A stretch of DNA of 64,000 nt from an uncultured Pseudomonadota bacterium (GTDB lineage Bacteria > Oederibacteriota > Muellerivitia > Muellerivitales > Muellerivitaceae). A program made the translations under genes and the position numbers. The first letter of the stretch is position 1, and every line of letters begins with the position of its first letter. Below the pieces are notes generated by a model that saw only the letters and a list, made by a program, of their open reading frames with translations, ran no database searches and was not told the origin of the DNA. The stretch spans positions 448,001 through 512,000 of the forward strand of contig CAWIIP010000001.1 in NCBI GenBank assembly GCA_963836235.1, in the 5' to 3' direction. Positions 20,795 to 30,738 of the stretch are shown here, one piece after another.

Positions 20795-20999
20795 TGCTTT
20801 TTTGCCTTTAAGAACGGAAGGGTAGAATGCCGGATTAAATACTTTAAACCTATATGACGGAAATTTAGATTAAAACGGGGAACCATTCCAGTGGAAGTTA
20901 AGGTGAATTTAAAATTTTTTACTTAAATATCTTATTGTTTTAAACTGGTCGCCCACGCGCGAACCGAATGGTTGAGAAATGCTTTAGAATTCTAAAAAT

Positions 21000-21075
21000 T
21001 GGTGGAGGCGATGGGGATCGAACCCACGACCCCTTCCATGCCATGGAAGTGCTCTCCCAGCTGAGCTACGCCCCC
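21000..21075 (-). tRNA. tRNA-Ala(GGC)
   Basis: GGGGGCGTAGCTCAGCTGGGAGAGC...CTTCC-ATGGCAT-GGAAG...GTTCGATCC...CCA. Confidence 0.96.
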
Positions 21076-21162
21076 AACTTTTGAAAACCCCGGCTTGAAA
21101 CCGAGGAGCAATTTTAATCAAAACCCCTAAAAAAACAAGCCAATCAATCGGTTTGGTTGAAA

Positions 21163-21239
21163 TGGTGGGCGAAACAGGATTTGAACCTGTGACCCCCTGC
21201 GTGTAAAGCAGGTGCTCTAACCAGCTGAGCTATTCGCCC
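21163..21239 (-). tRNA. tRNA-Val(TAC)
   Basis: Anticodon arm CCTGC-TTTACAC-GCAGG, T-loop GTTCAAATC, CCA end. Confidence 0.96.
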
Positions 21240-21261
21240 AAATACCCCATCTACAAAAAAG

Positions 21262-21291
21262 AAACCCTAGCCGTTAAAACGGCTAGGGTTT
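21262..21291 (-). terminator. Intrinsic terminator-like hairpin (probably the original spoVS terminator)
   Basis: AAACCCTAGCCGTT-NN-AACGGCTAGGGTTT perfect 14-bp inverted repeat, followed on the minus strand by CTTTTTTG. Confidence 0.8.
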
Positions 21292-21310
21292 AAAAATTTT
21301 TATTTGAGTC

Positions 21311-22362
21311 CCCCAGTTCAATAGCGAAGTGCAACACTTAGCCCCGGCAGAATCCGGGGGTTATCCTAAGTTTTATGAAACAATCCTACAAGCACCTGTC
21401 GTTGGCCGAACGTGAAGAAATCGCAGTTTGGAAGGCAGAAGGCCTCTCCATACGAGAAATCGCCCGACGCCTCGAACGTGATGTGTCCAGTGTTTCCCGA
21501 GAGTTGAAGCGTAACGCACCACCTTTACGTCCTGGCCGTTATCTACCAGCTCGGGCTCACCTGCGATCTACCCAGCGTAACCAACTCTCTCGGACCCATC
21601 TGCGTCTCAAAAAACCAGGGATCCGACAACATGTTTTGCGTAAGCTTCATCAGGGGTTTTCTCCCGAACAAATTGCTGGTCAGCTTCGCCTTGAGAACTC
21701 CAAACTATTCATTTCCCACGAGGCCGTCTACCAGTTCATTTATTCCGAAGCCCGAAACCTCATCCCTCTCTTGGCTCGTTCCCATCGAAAGCGGCTTCGC
21801 CGATGGCATTCGCACAAACATCGAAAAAGCCATATTCCAGAACGAACTCCGATCACTCAACGACCCGCCATCGTGCAGACGCGGCGTCAATTTGGTCACT
21901 GGGAAGCGGACACCATCATCTCCAGAAAAAGTAAAGCCTCCCTTTTGGTGATGGTCGAACGAAAAAGCCGCCTCGTGAAACTCGCCTGGTTGCCTCAAAA
22001 GTCCGCTTCGAAAACACGAGCAGCTATCAATCGACGGCTCACCCTCTTTCCGAAGGGGTTACGCCGGACCATTACTTACGACAACGGCTCTGAAAACATC
22101 GAGCATCTTCAAGTTAACAATCTCTTAGGAACCCGTTCCTTTTTCTGTCTTCCTTTCCACAGTTGGGAAAAGGGAACCGTCGAAAACACTAATGGTTTGG
22201 TGCGGCGCTTCTATCCAAAGAAAACCGATTTTGCTACCATAACTCCAGCGAACGTGCGACGTGTGGAGCGGGCTCTCAACAGCCGTCCACGCAAGTGCCT
22301 TCGCTTCAAAACGCCGGAGCAGGTCTTTCGTCTAGGTGTTGCACTTACTGGTTGAATTCAGC
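21311..22362 (+). mobile_element. IS30-family insertion sequence (about 1052 bp)
   Basis: Imperfect terminal IRs with core TTCAA-N5-AAGTGCAACAC (21317-21337) and GTGTTGCACTT-N5-TTGAA (22336-22356); 3-bp direct repeat GTC at 21308-21310 and 22363-22365. Confidence 0.9.
21375..22355 (+). CDS. IS30-family transposase
   Basis: N-terminal HTH (LSLAEREEI..SIREIARRLERDVSSVSRELKRN), SPEQIAG, DDE motifs GHWEADT / TYDNGSE / WEKGTVENTNG, LNSRPRKCL. Confidence 0.96.
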   Translation: MKQSYKHLSLAEREEIAVWKAEGLSIREIARRLERDVSSVSRELKRNAPPLRPGRYLPARAHLRSTQRNQLSRTHLRLKKPGIRQHVLRKLHQGFSPEQIAGQLRLENSKLFISHEAVYQFIYSEARNLIPLLARSHRKRLRRWHSHKHRKSHIPERTPITQRPAIVQTRRQFGHWEADTIISRKSKASLLVMVERKSRLVKLAWLPQKSASKTRAAINRRLTLFPKGLRRTITYDNGSENIEHLQVNNLLGTRSFFCLPFHSWEKGTVENTNGLVRRFYPKKTDFATITPANVRRVERALNSRPRKCLRFKTPEQVFRLGVALTG

Positions 22363-22366
22363 GTCG

Positions 22367-22681
22367 TTATTTTTGGATTTTCTCGATGTTTAAAAAAAAC
22401 TTAATCGCGCTTTTCTTTTCACCATCAATCGTTAAGTGGATGAATTCAGGTTTAAAGTTCGCATCCATGCCGTCGCCTTTTAAAAAACCACGGGCAATAG
22501 CAATGGCCTTTACGGTGTTATTAATGCTTTCCGGTCCCATTGCCACGATTTCAACGCTTTTTCCATCTCTCACGTTGTTGGCAATGGCTCCAGCCACGGT
22601 GGAGGGATTACTTTTTGCGGCGACTTTGAGCGTCATTATCCCAACCAAGCGCGGCTCCTTCTTCCCCCGCTCCTCAACCAC
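22367..22681 (-). CDS. spoVS: SpoVS family protein
   Basis: LKVAAKSNPSTVAGAIA...VKAIAIARGF...IDGEKKSAIKF; alternative ATG start at 22636. Confidence 0.88.
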   Translation of the reverse strand: MVEERGKKEPRLVGIMTLKVAAKSNPSTVAGAIANNVRDGKSVEIVAMGPESINNTVKAIAIARGFLKGDGMDANFKPEFIHLTIDGEKKSAIKFFLNIEKIQK

Positions 22682-22693
22682 ATCACCCGGATT

Positions 22694-22722
22694 TTTATAT
22701 CACGGGCCTTCGGGGCTGTCAA
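22694..22722 (-). promoter_or_regulatory. Putative sigma70 promoter for spoVS
   Basis: TTGACA-17 nt-TATAAA. Confidence 0.65.
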
Positions 22723-22738
22723 TCAAGCCCCTCTTCAC

Positions 22739-25078
22739 TCATCCCAGAATGACTTCAACTTCATTCAATTTCTGTGAGCGTTGAGCAGGAATTGTATTTC
22801 CAGAAATTTTCTTTCCGTTAACTAGGACTGATGATACACCTTTACTGACATGATGTGGATTTTTAACGACGATATGGAAAGTAGAACCACGGAATTTTCG
22901 TGTCACCTCATACCTGCCCCAATCCTTGGGGATACAGGGGTCAACCATCAACCCGGAGTAGGTTGGCCTAATGCCCAAGATATACTGGGTTGCGGCGACG
23001 AAATTCCAACTAGCAGCGCCCGTTAACCAAGAATTACGTGCAAAACCGAAATCTCTGTGTTCGCGTGAGGCGATGGCCTGGGCATAAATATAGGGTTCAG
23101 CTCGATGAATCTCTTGAATTTGATCTTTCGTGGTTGGTAGCAATTGCTTGTAATATTTCATAGCGATTTCGGCCCGTCCGAGAATCGTTTCTGCAATGAC
23201 AGCCCATGGATTAGCATGGGAAAAAATTCCGCCGTTTTCCTTGAGCCCGGGAGGAAAAGTGCTAACCCCGCCCAATCGTGAGCTGAAATGTTTAAACCCT
23301 GGAAACATCAAAGCAACACCATATTTGGAATCCAAATGTTCTTTGACCCCATCCATGCAAACGGGCCCTCGTTTGGAATCGGCAACACCTGATATAACTG
23401 CCCAAGTTTGTGTGTTCAAGTATATTTTTCCATCAACCTGTTTACGGGATCCCAACATTGTTCCCCATCCGTCAAAAGCCATGGCATACCAGCCGCCATC
23501 CCAACAAACCTTGTTTGTTCGGGTGGCCATGTCATCTGCAATATGGCGATATTTTTTAGCATCGGCGGTCTTTCCAAGGGTCTCGGCCAACTCGGAAAAG
23601 TCCCGGGCGCATTTTACAAGGAATTCGGCTACCCATACGCTTTCCCCTGGTTTTGGTCCGTTAATATGCAAAGTGTCGTTCCAATCGGCAAAACCCATAC
23701 AAGGAATCTTATGGGCTCCGACATTTTTGTACGTATAGTCCAGAGGCGCCTTCAAATGTTCATACATAGTGGCTGTTCCTCCGTCGGCCCACTTTACTTT
23801 TTCATTGAGGAACTTGAAGTCACCCGTTTCTTTAACGTATGCGGTCGTTGAAAGAATGATCCAAAGTGGGTCATCCGAATAACCCTTGCCGTCACCTTCA
23901 CCTGTCAATCGGAAAAATTGATGGTAAGCAGTCCCATCCTTAAACATGTTTTTAGCCAAATCCGTTATAAGTTTTTTGACCTTACCAGGAACACTGTGAA
24001 TGACACTAAGTACATCCTGGTTGCTGTCCCTAAAACCCATCCCACGACCTATGCCACCCTCATAAATCGAGGGGCCACGGGACATGCTAAAAGTTGTGTG
24101 AACCTGGTAGGCGTTCCATTGATTCAGACAAAGATTAACATCGTTGTCTGGAGTTTTGACTTGAAGGGAACCTAATTTCTCTTCCCAATGTGATTTTAAG
24201 TCTTTCATAACCCTATCGACCGCCCCGGGTTTACGGTAGGTAGCAATAAGTTTAGCTCCGGCAGCAATTGAAGGAGCCACACCCAAAATGTAAGTAACCG
24301 ATTTGGTTTCACCGGGTTTTAAGGTTACCGGAATGGTGGTCGCGGCGACTGGATTTCCGCCGTCGGCCGTTGAACCGGAGCATTTCCCATTCAGGACAGC
24401 CTTTGGATTGGCTTCCGAATGGTACAATCCCATGAAAGCTTCACGATCACAGTCGAAGGACGTAATCTTTTTATCCGCAGTGAAAAAAGCATAGTGACCA
24501 GCGTTTTCAATCATGGTTGTGTGATGAATGACGCCACCTTTTTCATAAGCCTTAGCGATGTTATAGGTGTATTGGAAATTGATCATGTCGTTTTGTGCGA
24601 AGAAAAGGCACAATTCTGCGTAGGAAATCAAAGTTAGGGTTTTAGTCGTGGAAGTGCGGTTTGTTAAGGTAATGTTCCACAATTCTAAATTATCTTTGAC
24701 TGGGACCACATAAAGCGTGTCGGAAGTAATTCCCCGGTAAGTGGAAGTAACCCGAGTGTAACCAAAACCATGCCGAGTCTCGGTTTTATATTCAGAAAGT
24801 TCTTTTAATACGGGTTGCCAGGTGGCAGACCAAAAGTCTTTTGTTTTTTCATCTCGAATGTAGATATAACGCCCGGGTCGATCCATAGGAATGTTATTAA
24901 GGCGATATCTCAAAATGCGTTTGTCACGAGCTGAAAGATGGAAGCTATATCCTCCGCCGTTATTTGAAATTAGCGCACAGTACTCATCATTATGAAGATA
25001 ATTCATCCATGGCACCGGCGTGTCTGGCCGTTCGATAACATATTCCTTGTTTTCAACGTCGAAATAACCGTAACGCAT
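22739..25078 (-). CDS. GH94 glycoside phosphorylase (cellobiose/chitobiose phosphorylase-like)
   Basis: MRYGYFD..KEYVI, GRGMGFRDSNQD, DDPLW, catalytic DWND, KENGGIFSH, SWLTG; ATG at 25078 has an AAGGGG RBS. Confidence 0.92.
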   Translation of the reverse strand: MRYGYFDVENKEYVIERPDTPVPWMNYLHNDEYCALISNNGGGYSFHLSARDKRILRYRLNNIPMDRPGRYIYIRDEKTKDFWSATWQPVLKELSEYKTETRHGFGYTRVTSTYRGITSDTLYVVPVKDNLELWNITLTNRTSTTKTLTLISYAELCLFFAQNDMINFQYTYNIAKAYEKGGVIHHTTMIENAGHYAFFTADKKITSFDCDREAFMGLYHSEANPKAVLNGKCSGSTADGGNPVAATTIPVTLKPGETKSVTYILGVAPSIAAGAKLIATYRKPGAVDRVMKDLKSHWEEKLGSLQVKTPDNDVNLCLNQWNAYQVHTTFSMSRGPSIYEGGIGRGMGFRDSNQDVLSVIHSVPGKVKKLITDLAKNMFKDGTAYHQFFRLTGEGDGKGYSDDPLWIILSTTAYVKETGDFKFLNEKVKWADGGTATMYEHLKAPLDYTYKNVGAHKIPCMGFADWNDTLHINGPKPGESVWVAEFLVKCARDFSELAETLGKTADAKKYRHIADDMATRTNKVCWDGGWYAMAFDGWGTMLGSRKQVDGKIYLNTQTWAVISGVADSKRGPVCMDGVKEHLDSKYGVALMFPGFKHFSSRLGGVSTFPPGLKENGGIFSHANPWAVIAETILGRAEIAMKYYKQLLPTTKDQIQEIHRAEPYIYAQAIASREHRDFGFARNSWLTGAASWNFVAATQYILGIRPTYSGLMVDPCIPKDWGRYEVTRKFRGSTFHIVVKNPHHVSKGVSSVLVNGKKISGNTIPAQRSQKLNEVEVILG

Positions 25079-25164
25079 AATTCCCCTTTGTCCCATGGAA
25101 TTTCGGCTTGGGTTTGATTTATCGAAACCAACAAAATTCTAGCTCAGCAAATCATATTAAATAA

Positions 25165-25240
<76 letters not shown>

Positions 25241-25293
25241 GTTAGATTACTAAAAACAAATTACATCGACTTGTCGCTTAAACATCCAGTAAA

Positions 25294-25370
25294 TGGTACG
25301 CCTGAGAGGGCTCGAACCTCTGACCTACAGATCCGGAATCTGTCGCTCTATCCAACTGAGCTACAGGCGC
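25294..25370 (-). tRNA. tRNA-Arg(CCG)
   Basis: Anticodon arm ACAGA-TTCCGGA-TCTGT, CCA end. Confidence 0.96.
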
Positions 25371-25482
25371 ATTCGCCATCCATACGATCAAATAAAGCTA
25401 GGTCCTGCCTCTCGGTTCACCACACAGCATATGAATAATGAAGTTCTCTCTTGCCAGCATAGTTTTTATTCACTATGACAAA

Positions 25483-25560
25483 TGGGGTGAGAGACGGGAA
25501 TCGAACCCGCAACCCCCAGATCCACAATCTGGTGCTCTAACCGATTGAGCTACTCCCACC
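25483..25560 (-). tRNA. tRNA-His(GTG)
   Basis: Anticodon arm CCAGA-TTGTGGA-TCTGG, encoded G-1, C discriminator plus CCA. Confidence 0.96.
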
Positions 25561-25757
25561 ATATTCTTTCACACCGCCAGATCATCACAGGGGCAACTTT
25601 TCATCCGAAAAATATAATTTAAAAATATTTTGGGCGAAAAGCCCTAAAAGTGTAAAAGTCTGGTAGAAAAATGTAAAGGTTTTATTTGAGTTTTTAACCA
25701 AAATTGAAAGGCTTTAGTGGTTTTTGCCAGGGACAATTTCGTGGCAAGAACAATTAA

Positions 25758-25834
<77 letters not shown>

Positions 25835-25945
25835 CCTATGGTTCAATGGAGCGCCTATTAACCCGCCCCAGGAAAACAATTCTTAACCAATTCATTTCCG
25901 TGCTTTTGTTCTTGACGTAATCGATCAATCGTCCGGTGTCATCAG

Positions 25946-26017
25946 TCGGGGCGGTGAGATTCGAACTCACGGCCCCTTGGTCCCAAACCAAGTGCGCTAC
26001 CGCTGCGCTACGCCCCG
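25946..26017 (-). tRNA. tRNA-Pro(TGG), CCA not encoded
   Basis: CGGGGCGTAGCGCAGCGGTAGCGC, anticodon arm CTTGG-TTTGGGA-CCAAG, GTTCGAATC; ends CCCCGA followed by CTG. Confidence 0.93.
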
Positions 26018-26144
26018 ACTCATGACACCTTTATCATTTTAATTAACACAAAGCATATTCTTAACTTTTATCATTGCAAAAGCGAGCTGGAAAAAAGCAC
26101 TTTCCCGAATTAAAGCCACAGATTTTTGGATTAACCCTTCGTTT

Positions 26145-26738
26145 TTAAGCTCTTTTCATTAAAAGTTCTTTAGCTTTTTGGATAGCTCTTCCCCGATGAC
26201 TAATTTTATTTTTTTCAACGAGTGTCATTTCAGCAAACACTTTAGTGCATCCCAAAGGCAAAAAAACAGGATCATAACCAAAACCTTCACTTCCAATTGC
26301 CTTTAACGTAATGGAACCCTCTACTTCCCCTAATACCTGTTCCTTTTCGGCGGGATGGTGAAAGATAGTGATAATAGTTCGAAAAAAAGCCCTTCTCTGA
26401 TTTTCTGGAACATCCTTGAGTGAGTTTAAAAGTTTATTTACATTATCTAAATAAGTGCAGTTTTCTCCGGCAAAACGAGCGGCATAAATTCCTGGTGCGC
26501 CCTGAAGGGCATCAACATATAAGCCTGTATCATCCGCCAAAGACGAAAATCCGGTAAATTCCGCAATTTCTCTCGCCTTCTTAAGGGAATTCTCTTCGAG
26601 AGTCTGTCCATTCTCTATCACATCAGGAACGCCTGGAAAATCATATGCCGGAATAATCTCCCAACCAATTCCGGCGAGCGCCGCCTTCATTTCAACAAAT
26701 TTGCTTCGGTTATGTGTGGCAATAACTAATTTTTTCAT
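26145..26738 (-). CDS. rdgB: Non-canonical purine NTP pyrophosphatase (RdgB/HAM1)
   Basis: [40 protein letters not shown]. Confidence 0.96.
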   Translation of the reverse strand: MKKLVIATHNRSKFVEMKAALAGIGWEIIPAYDFPGVPDVIENGQTLEENSLKKAREIAEFTGFSSLADDTGLYVDALQGAPGIYAARFAGENCTYLDNVNKLLNSLKDVPENQRRAFFRTIITIFHHPAEKEQVLGEVEGSITLKAIGSEGFGYDPVFLPLGCTKVFAEMTLVEKNKISHRGRAIQKAKELLMKRA

Positions 26739-27433
26739 TTTTTGAGGCTTGCTGTTTGCGCTCGCATGACTTGCTTAATCCCATTTTCGGCAAATTTCAA
26801 AAGAGTGTCCAATTGCTTGCGTGAAAAAGCCTCCTTTTCGGCCGTACCTTGTAATTCTACGAATCTACCTGAAGCAGTCATGACCACGTTAAAATCAACA
26901 TCCGCGTTCGAATCTTCCTCATAACACAAATCTAGAACAGGTTTCCCATTGACAATTCCAACACTAATGGCAGCAACGGACTCCCGAACAGGTGTTTGTG
27001 TAATTATTTTTTTCTTTTCAAGAACCGTCAAAGCGTCTATCAAAGCCACATATGCACCATTAATCGAAGCTGTCCGGGTTCCGCCATCGGCTTGTATCAC
27101 ATCACAATCCAATATTATCTGTCTTTCCCCTAGGACTTTCAGATCAATTATGGCCCTCAGAGATCTTCCAATAAGCCTTTGGATTTCATGTGTTCGCCCA
27201 TTAATTTTCCCTTTGACTGCGTCCCGCTGAGTTCTTTCGAATGTACTTCGCGGAAGCATAGAATATTCAGCGGTTACCCATCCCTTGCCTTTTCCCTTCA
27301 AAAAAGACGGGACTTCCTCTGAAACAGAGGCCGTGCAAAGAACTTTTGTGTTTCCCATAGATGCCAGGACCGAACCTTCAGCATATTTTGTGAAAGCACG
27401 GATAAATTCAATTGGTCTTATTTTTTCTGACAT
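26735..27433 (-). CDS. rph: Ribonuclease PH
   Basis: [48 protein letters not shown]; ATG at 27433 has a GGAG RBS. Confidence 0.97.
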   Translation of the reverse strand: MSEKIRPIEFIRAFTKYAEGSVLASMGNTKVLCTASVSEEVPSFLKGKGKGWVTAEYSMLPRSTFERTQRDAVKGKINGRTHEIQRLIGRSLRAIIDLKVLGERQIILDCDVIQADGGTRTASINGAYVALIDALTVLEKKKIITQTPVRESVAAISVGIVNGKPVLDLCYEEDSNADVDFNVVMTASGRFVELQGTAEKEAFSRKQLDTLLKFAENGIKQVMRAQTASLKK

Positions 27434-27465
27434 TTGTTTTCTCCATATTGCTTTTGACAAAAGAA

Positions 27466-27501
27466 AAACCCTATCTTGCGGTCACAAACAAGATAGGGTT
27501 T
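27466..27501 (-). terminator. Terminator-like hairpin in the rph leader
   Basis: Perfect 13-bp stem AAACCCTATCTTG / CAAGATAGGGTTT followed on the minus strand by TTCTTTTG. Confidence 0.75.
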
Positions 27502-27532
27502 GGGAAAAAATTGTCCTTATAAAAACGGTTGA

Positions 27533-27561
27533 ATTTTATCTTTGGTTTTTTGTATTGTCAA
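27533..27561 (-). promoter_or_regulatory. Putative sigma70 promoter for rph
   Basis: TTGACA-17 nt-TAAAAT. Confidence 0.75.
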
Positions 27562-27624
27562 CTTTGGCCTACAAAAAGCTAAAAAATATTTTTAATGCCT
27601 ATTAGCATAATTTTCAACTTCCTA

Positions 27625-28557
27625 CTAAGTCGCGGCCACATACCCACTCAATCGTTTTAAAAGCGTCTCATCCTTGCCTTCGCTAACAGCTTTTTGTGTT
27701 TTTTCGCTTATCCACTGATACATATGCGCTCGAACCTTGTTCTTAAGTCCAGAACCCAGGCCTTTTTCGACCGCCTGAAGACGAAGCTTTAATAACCCCG
27801 ATAATGCGGCATCTACTACTTCGTCCGCCTTTTTTGGGTCAATAGTTTTTTTATTCTCAATTATTCTTTGGCCGTTCACCGAGCCATCTTCCAACAAATT
27901 TCCAGCCGAATCCCAATTAACGTTTCTTAATACCTCTGGAAATTTTCCACGGGCTAATTCGACAGTTCTTCCCAACATGGTTAGGGTTTTTTTATCCCCG
28001 ACTAGGTCTTTTAACTCATAAAAAATGATGTTTCTAAATTCGTCGTAGAGCATCAAAAATTCATGCTCGGCTTGTAGTTTACTCACTTCGGCAATATTTT
28101 GAGGGGACTCCAGAACCGGAGTTTCCACAGATGATATAGGCTCTTCCGCTTTTGAACCTTGTAGATTGTCAGGATTAGCTATCGCACCCATAAATGGCGG
28201 TACTATAGGAGCATTAAAATCAACCGGTGAATCGGTCGCGGCCGGCATTGTTTCAATAGCGCTTGGAGGTTTTTGAGCTAAGGTTCTTTTCAGATTTTCG
28301 GCTTCTTGGTTTGTCGGAGCAAGAGTCTCAATATATTTATTTTCCACTTCAAGGGTTTCGGCTTCCGGTTCTTGATTTCGCTGATCCATCCACTCTTGGA
28401 ATTGATTTTTCACATCAGGAAGAATTTTCGATGGCACTTGGGAAACCACAGAAGTCTGCTCAAGGGTAATATCGTCCAAAGTTTCAGAAGGACTCGGTAA
28501 ATCTCCTCCAAAGAGTTCAGAAATATTGATTTTTAACTCATCATCCGGCTTACGCAT
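27625..28557 (-). CDS. Hypothetical cytoplasmic protein (acidic, Pro-rich N-half; helical C-domain)
   Basis: 310-aa ORF with its own promoter TTGACA-18-TATGAT (28587-28616); no recognised motif. Confidence 0.75.
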   Translation of the reverse strand: MRKPDDELKINISELFGGDLPSPSETLDDITLEQTSVVSQVPSKILPDVKNQFQEWMDQRNQEPEAETLEVENKYIETLAPTNQEAENLKRTLAQKPPSAIETMPAATDSPVDFNAPIVPPFMGAIANPDNLQGSKAEEPISSVETPVLESPQNIAEVSKLQAEHEFLMLYDEFRNIIFYELKDLVGDKKTLTMLGRTVELARGKFPEVLRNVNWDSAGNLLEDGSVNGQRIIENKKTIDPKKADEVVDAALSGLLKLRLQAVEKGLGSGLKNKVRAHMYQWISEKTQKAVSEGKDETLLKRLSGYVAAT

Positions 28558-28675
28558 TCACCCGCCTTCCGATACATACACATTGCATCATATAAACTGC
28601 CCCGGATTATTGTCAACGGCACTCAAACGAAACACTTAGTTTGGCAAGAGCTATTTTATAATCCAAGCACATCGA

Positions 28676-29767
28676 TCAAAATTTCCTTTCCGCTTCAAAC
28701 GCCAGAATATTCTTGATATAAAATTCACCCGGCTGTGTCGATTCATCCCTCAGACGGCTTAAGCTAAGGTTAGCTATCCATTGCGGAGACCATTCCCAGC
28801 TTGTTTTTATGGATAGTAGATCTTGACTATCCTCGTCCACGTAACCGATTTGAAGGTCGGGATTGACTAGTGGTGGTACGTCATAAATTTTTGAATATAG
28901 CCTAAAAAACAACTGCAAGTATAAAGATGAAGCCGGACGGAGAACCGCTGCCCAGGAAATGCTTTCAACTGTATTAGAAAATCCGTAGCTGTTTGAGTTT
29001 GTCCTTTGGTGCTCAATATTAATGTCTTGAAGTATAGAATCAAAGTAAATATGGGCGTTTAAAATACCTGACCAAGTTTCATCGGTTTGAATTCCCGAAA
29101 AATTAACAAGCGTTCCATTAACGAACCCAACCGGATTTCGATCAAATTGTCGGTTATTATAACTTCCTTCCATCTTCAACGAAATTTTCTCATTGATTTC
29201 CTGTTGAACGTTGAAAAACAACTCTTGGTCCACAAAATTTCTTGATTTGTAGGTGTTGCTAGGATCGAAATAGTCGCGAGAATAATAATTGTAGTCAGTT
29301 TCGTATGAACGCGAACCGGCGGGAGCCCATTGAATTTCCAAATAATTATTGTCATCGTAATAATTAAAATCGGAATACTCGCTTGTTCGTAGATAAAATT
29401 CTTTCTTATAAGAAAAACTCCATTCATTTGGATTTACAGAGATTGAAAGATTAAAATCATTAATTAAATTATTGAGAACCGAGTAAAGTTGATACTGGTC
29501 CGCCCCCAAGTGATATCCCAAATCGCTTTTGAGAATATCAAAATTGGAGTGCGCTTCAGCTCCAAAATTCAACGAATAAACCTCGTCCGGAAGTCGATTA
29601 TCCAAAGAAGCCCCCCGAAAGACGTTATCATCGTATCGTAACCCTACTTCAACTGTTTCGGGAACCGCCTCTAAGTGAAAATAATTTGGAGAAATTGATT
29701 CTTGTGCAAATCCCAAAAATGGCAATAACCAAAAGGTTAACCGGATCAAGAATAGAGTTTGTTTCAT
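28676..29767 (-). CDS. Putative outer-membrane beta-barrel protein
   Basis: Signal peptide (..LPFLGFA/QE), GLRYDDNV start motif, Tyr/Asn/Ser-rich alternating strands, C-terminal Phe (LAFEAERKF). Confidence 0.65.
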   Translation of the reverse strand: MKQTLFLIRLTFWLLPFLGFAQESISPNYFHLEAVPETVEVGLRYDDNVFRGASLDNRLPDEVYSLNFGAEAHSNFDILKSDLGYHLGADQYQLYSVLNNLINDFNLSISVNPNEWSFSYKKEFYLRTSEYSDFNYYDDNNYLEIQWAPAGSRSYETDYNYYSRDYFDPSNTYKSRNFVDQELFFNVQQEINEKISLKMEGSYNNRQFDRNPVGFVNGTLVNFSGIQTDETWSGILNAHIYFDSILQDINIEHQRTNSNSYGFSNTVESISWAAVLRPASSLYLQLFFRLYSKIYDVPPLVNPDLQIGYVDEDSQDLLSIKTSWEWSPQWIANLSLSRLRDESTQPGEFYIKNILAFEAERKF

Positions 29768-30738
29768 TTGGTTCTCTCCTCACTAGAAGTCGCCAATTGA
29801 TTTTGAACTTTTTCAGTGAATTGATCGAGTTGGGCTAAGGATTCTTGACCGTGTTTAATCAAGCCCTGGATCTCGTTAAAATGAGATTCCAAGCTTTTTA
29901 TTTGCTTGCTGAAGGTGATGTCGCTCAAATTATTTTTTTTCATGTTTCCGCTAGCGAAATCTGAATCTTCATTCATTCGCTTGATGCCTTCTAGGAAATC
30001 CTGCATTTCACCCTGAAGCTTTAACTCGTTTTTAATTTCATCCTGCTCAATTGACCATTTTTCAAGTTTTTCTTCCAAATCCTTCTTCCTATCTCGGATT
30101 AGATCTAAAGTCATTTGCAGACCCTCTCGGTCATCGGTTTTAAGTGAACCCAAAGATACAATAGGAAGATTCTCAGCAGGGCTTGGTTTAGTTCGATACT
30201 TTTTCATCAAAATTTGGAGTTGGTTTCTCTTTTGTATTAAAAAGGACAGTGTATTAATCTTTTGCTGAAGCCCGAACGATTCGGAAGCGTTGCTAGATTT
30301 CAGTTCACTTTCTATTTTGTTATTGTAAAGCTCAATAGCAGAAAGAGTTTTTTGTTCAAATTCCTTTTGTTGATCATCCCGATCGTGTTGAAGAACCGAG
30401 CTTTTTTCAAGATCATCTTTTAAATCATTCAATAAACCTTTAAGTCGAATTTCATCAAAAACATTTGATCCACTTTGGGTATTCTGTCGAAGTTCCTCAA
30501 TTTTTACCTCAAGGCGATTAATATTTTTCTGAAGTAAGTTGAAATCGTTTTTATTTTTATCCAGTCGATTTGTGAGGTCTGTGATTGATCCTTGAAACTG
30601 TAGTACAGCTCCTTTCCACTGCGGATCAGATAAAACAACCTCAGCACTGGGGGATGGCAAAACAGAAGGTTCGGAATAACAAAGAGCTGAAACGACAAAA
30701 GTTAAGAAGAATTTGAAAAAAAGAGAAAAATTAGTCAT
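29764..30738 (-). CDS. Exported long coiled-coil protein
   Basis: N-terminal hydrophobic signal, heptad-rich L/E/K/Q helices throughout; ATGA overlaps on both sides. Confidence 0.7.
   Translation of the reverse strand: MTNFSLFFKFFLTFVVSALCYSEPSVLPSPSAEVVLSDPQWKGAVLQFQGSITDLTNRLDKNKNDFNLLQKNINRLEVKIEELRQNTQSGSNVFDEIRLKGLLNDLKDDLEKSSVLQHDRDDQQKEFEQKTLSAIELYNNKIESELKSSNASESFGLQQKINTLSFLIQKRNQLQILMKKYRTKPSPAENLPIVSLGSLKTDDREGLQMTLDLIRDRKKDLEEKLEKWSIEQDEIKNELKLQGEMQDFLEGIKRMNEDSDFASGNMKKNNLSDITFSKQIKSLESHFNEIQGLIKHGQESLAQLDQFTEKVQNQLATSSEERTK

Noticed and set aside
22367-22681. spoVS as evidence of sporulation
   Set aside because: SpoVS-family proteins occur in non-sporulating phyla, and there are no other spo genes here.
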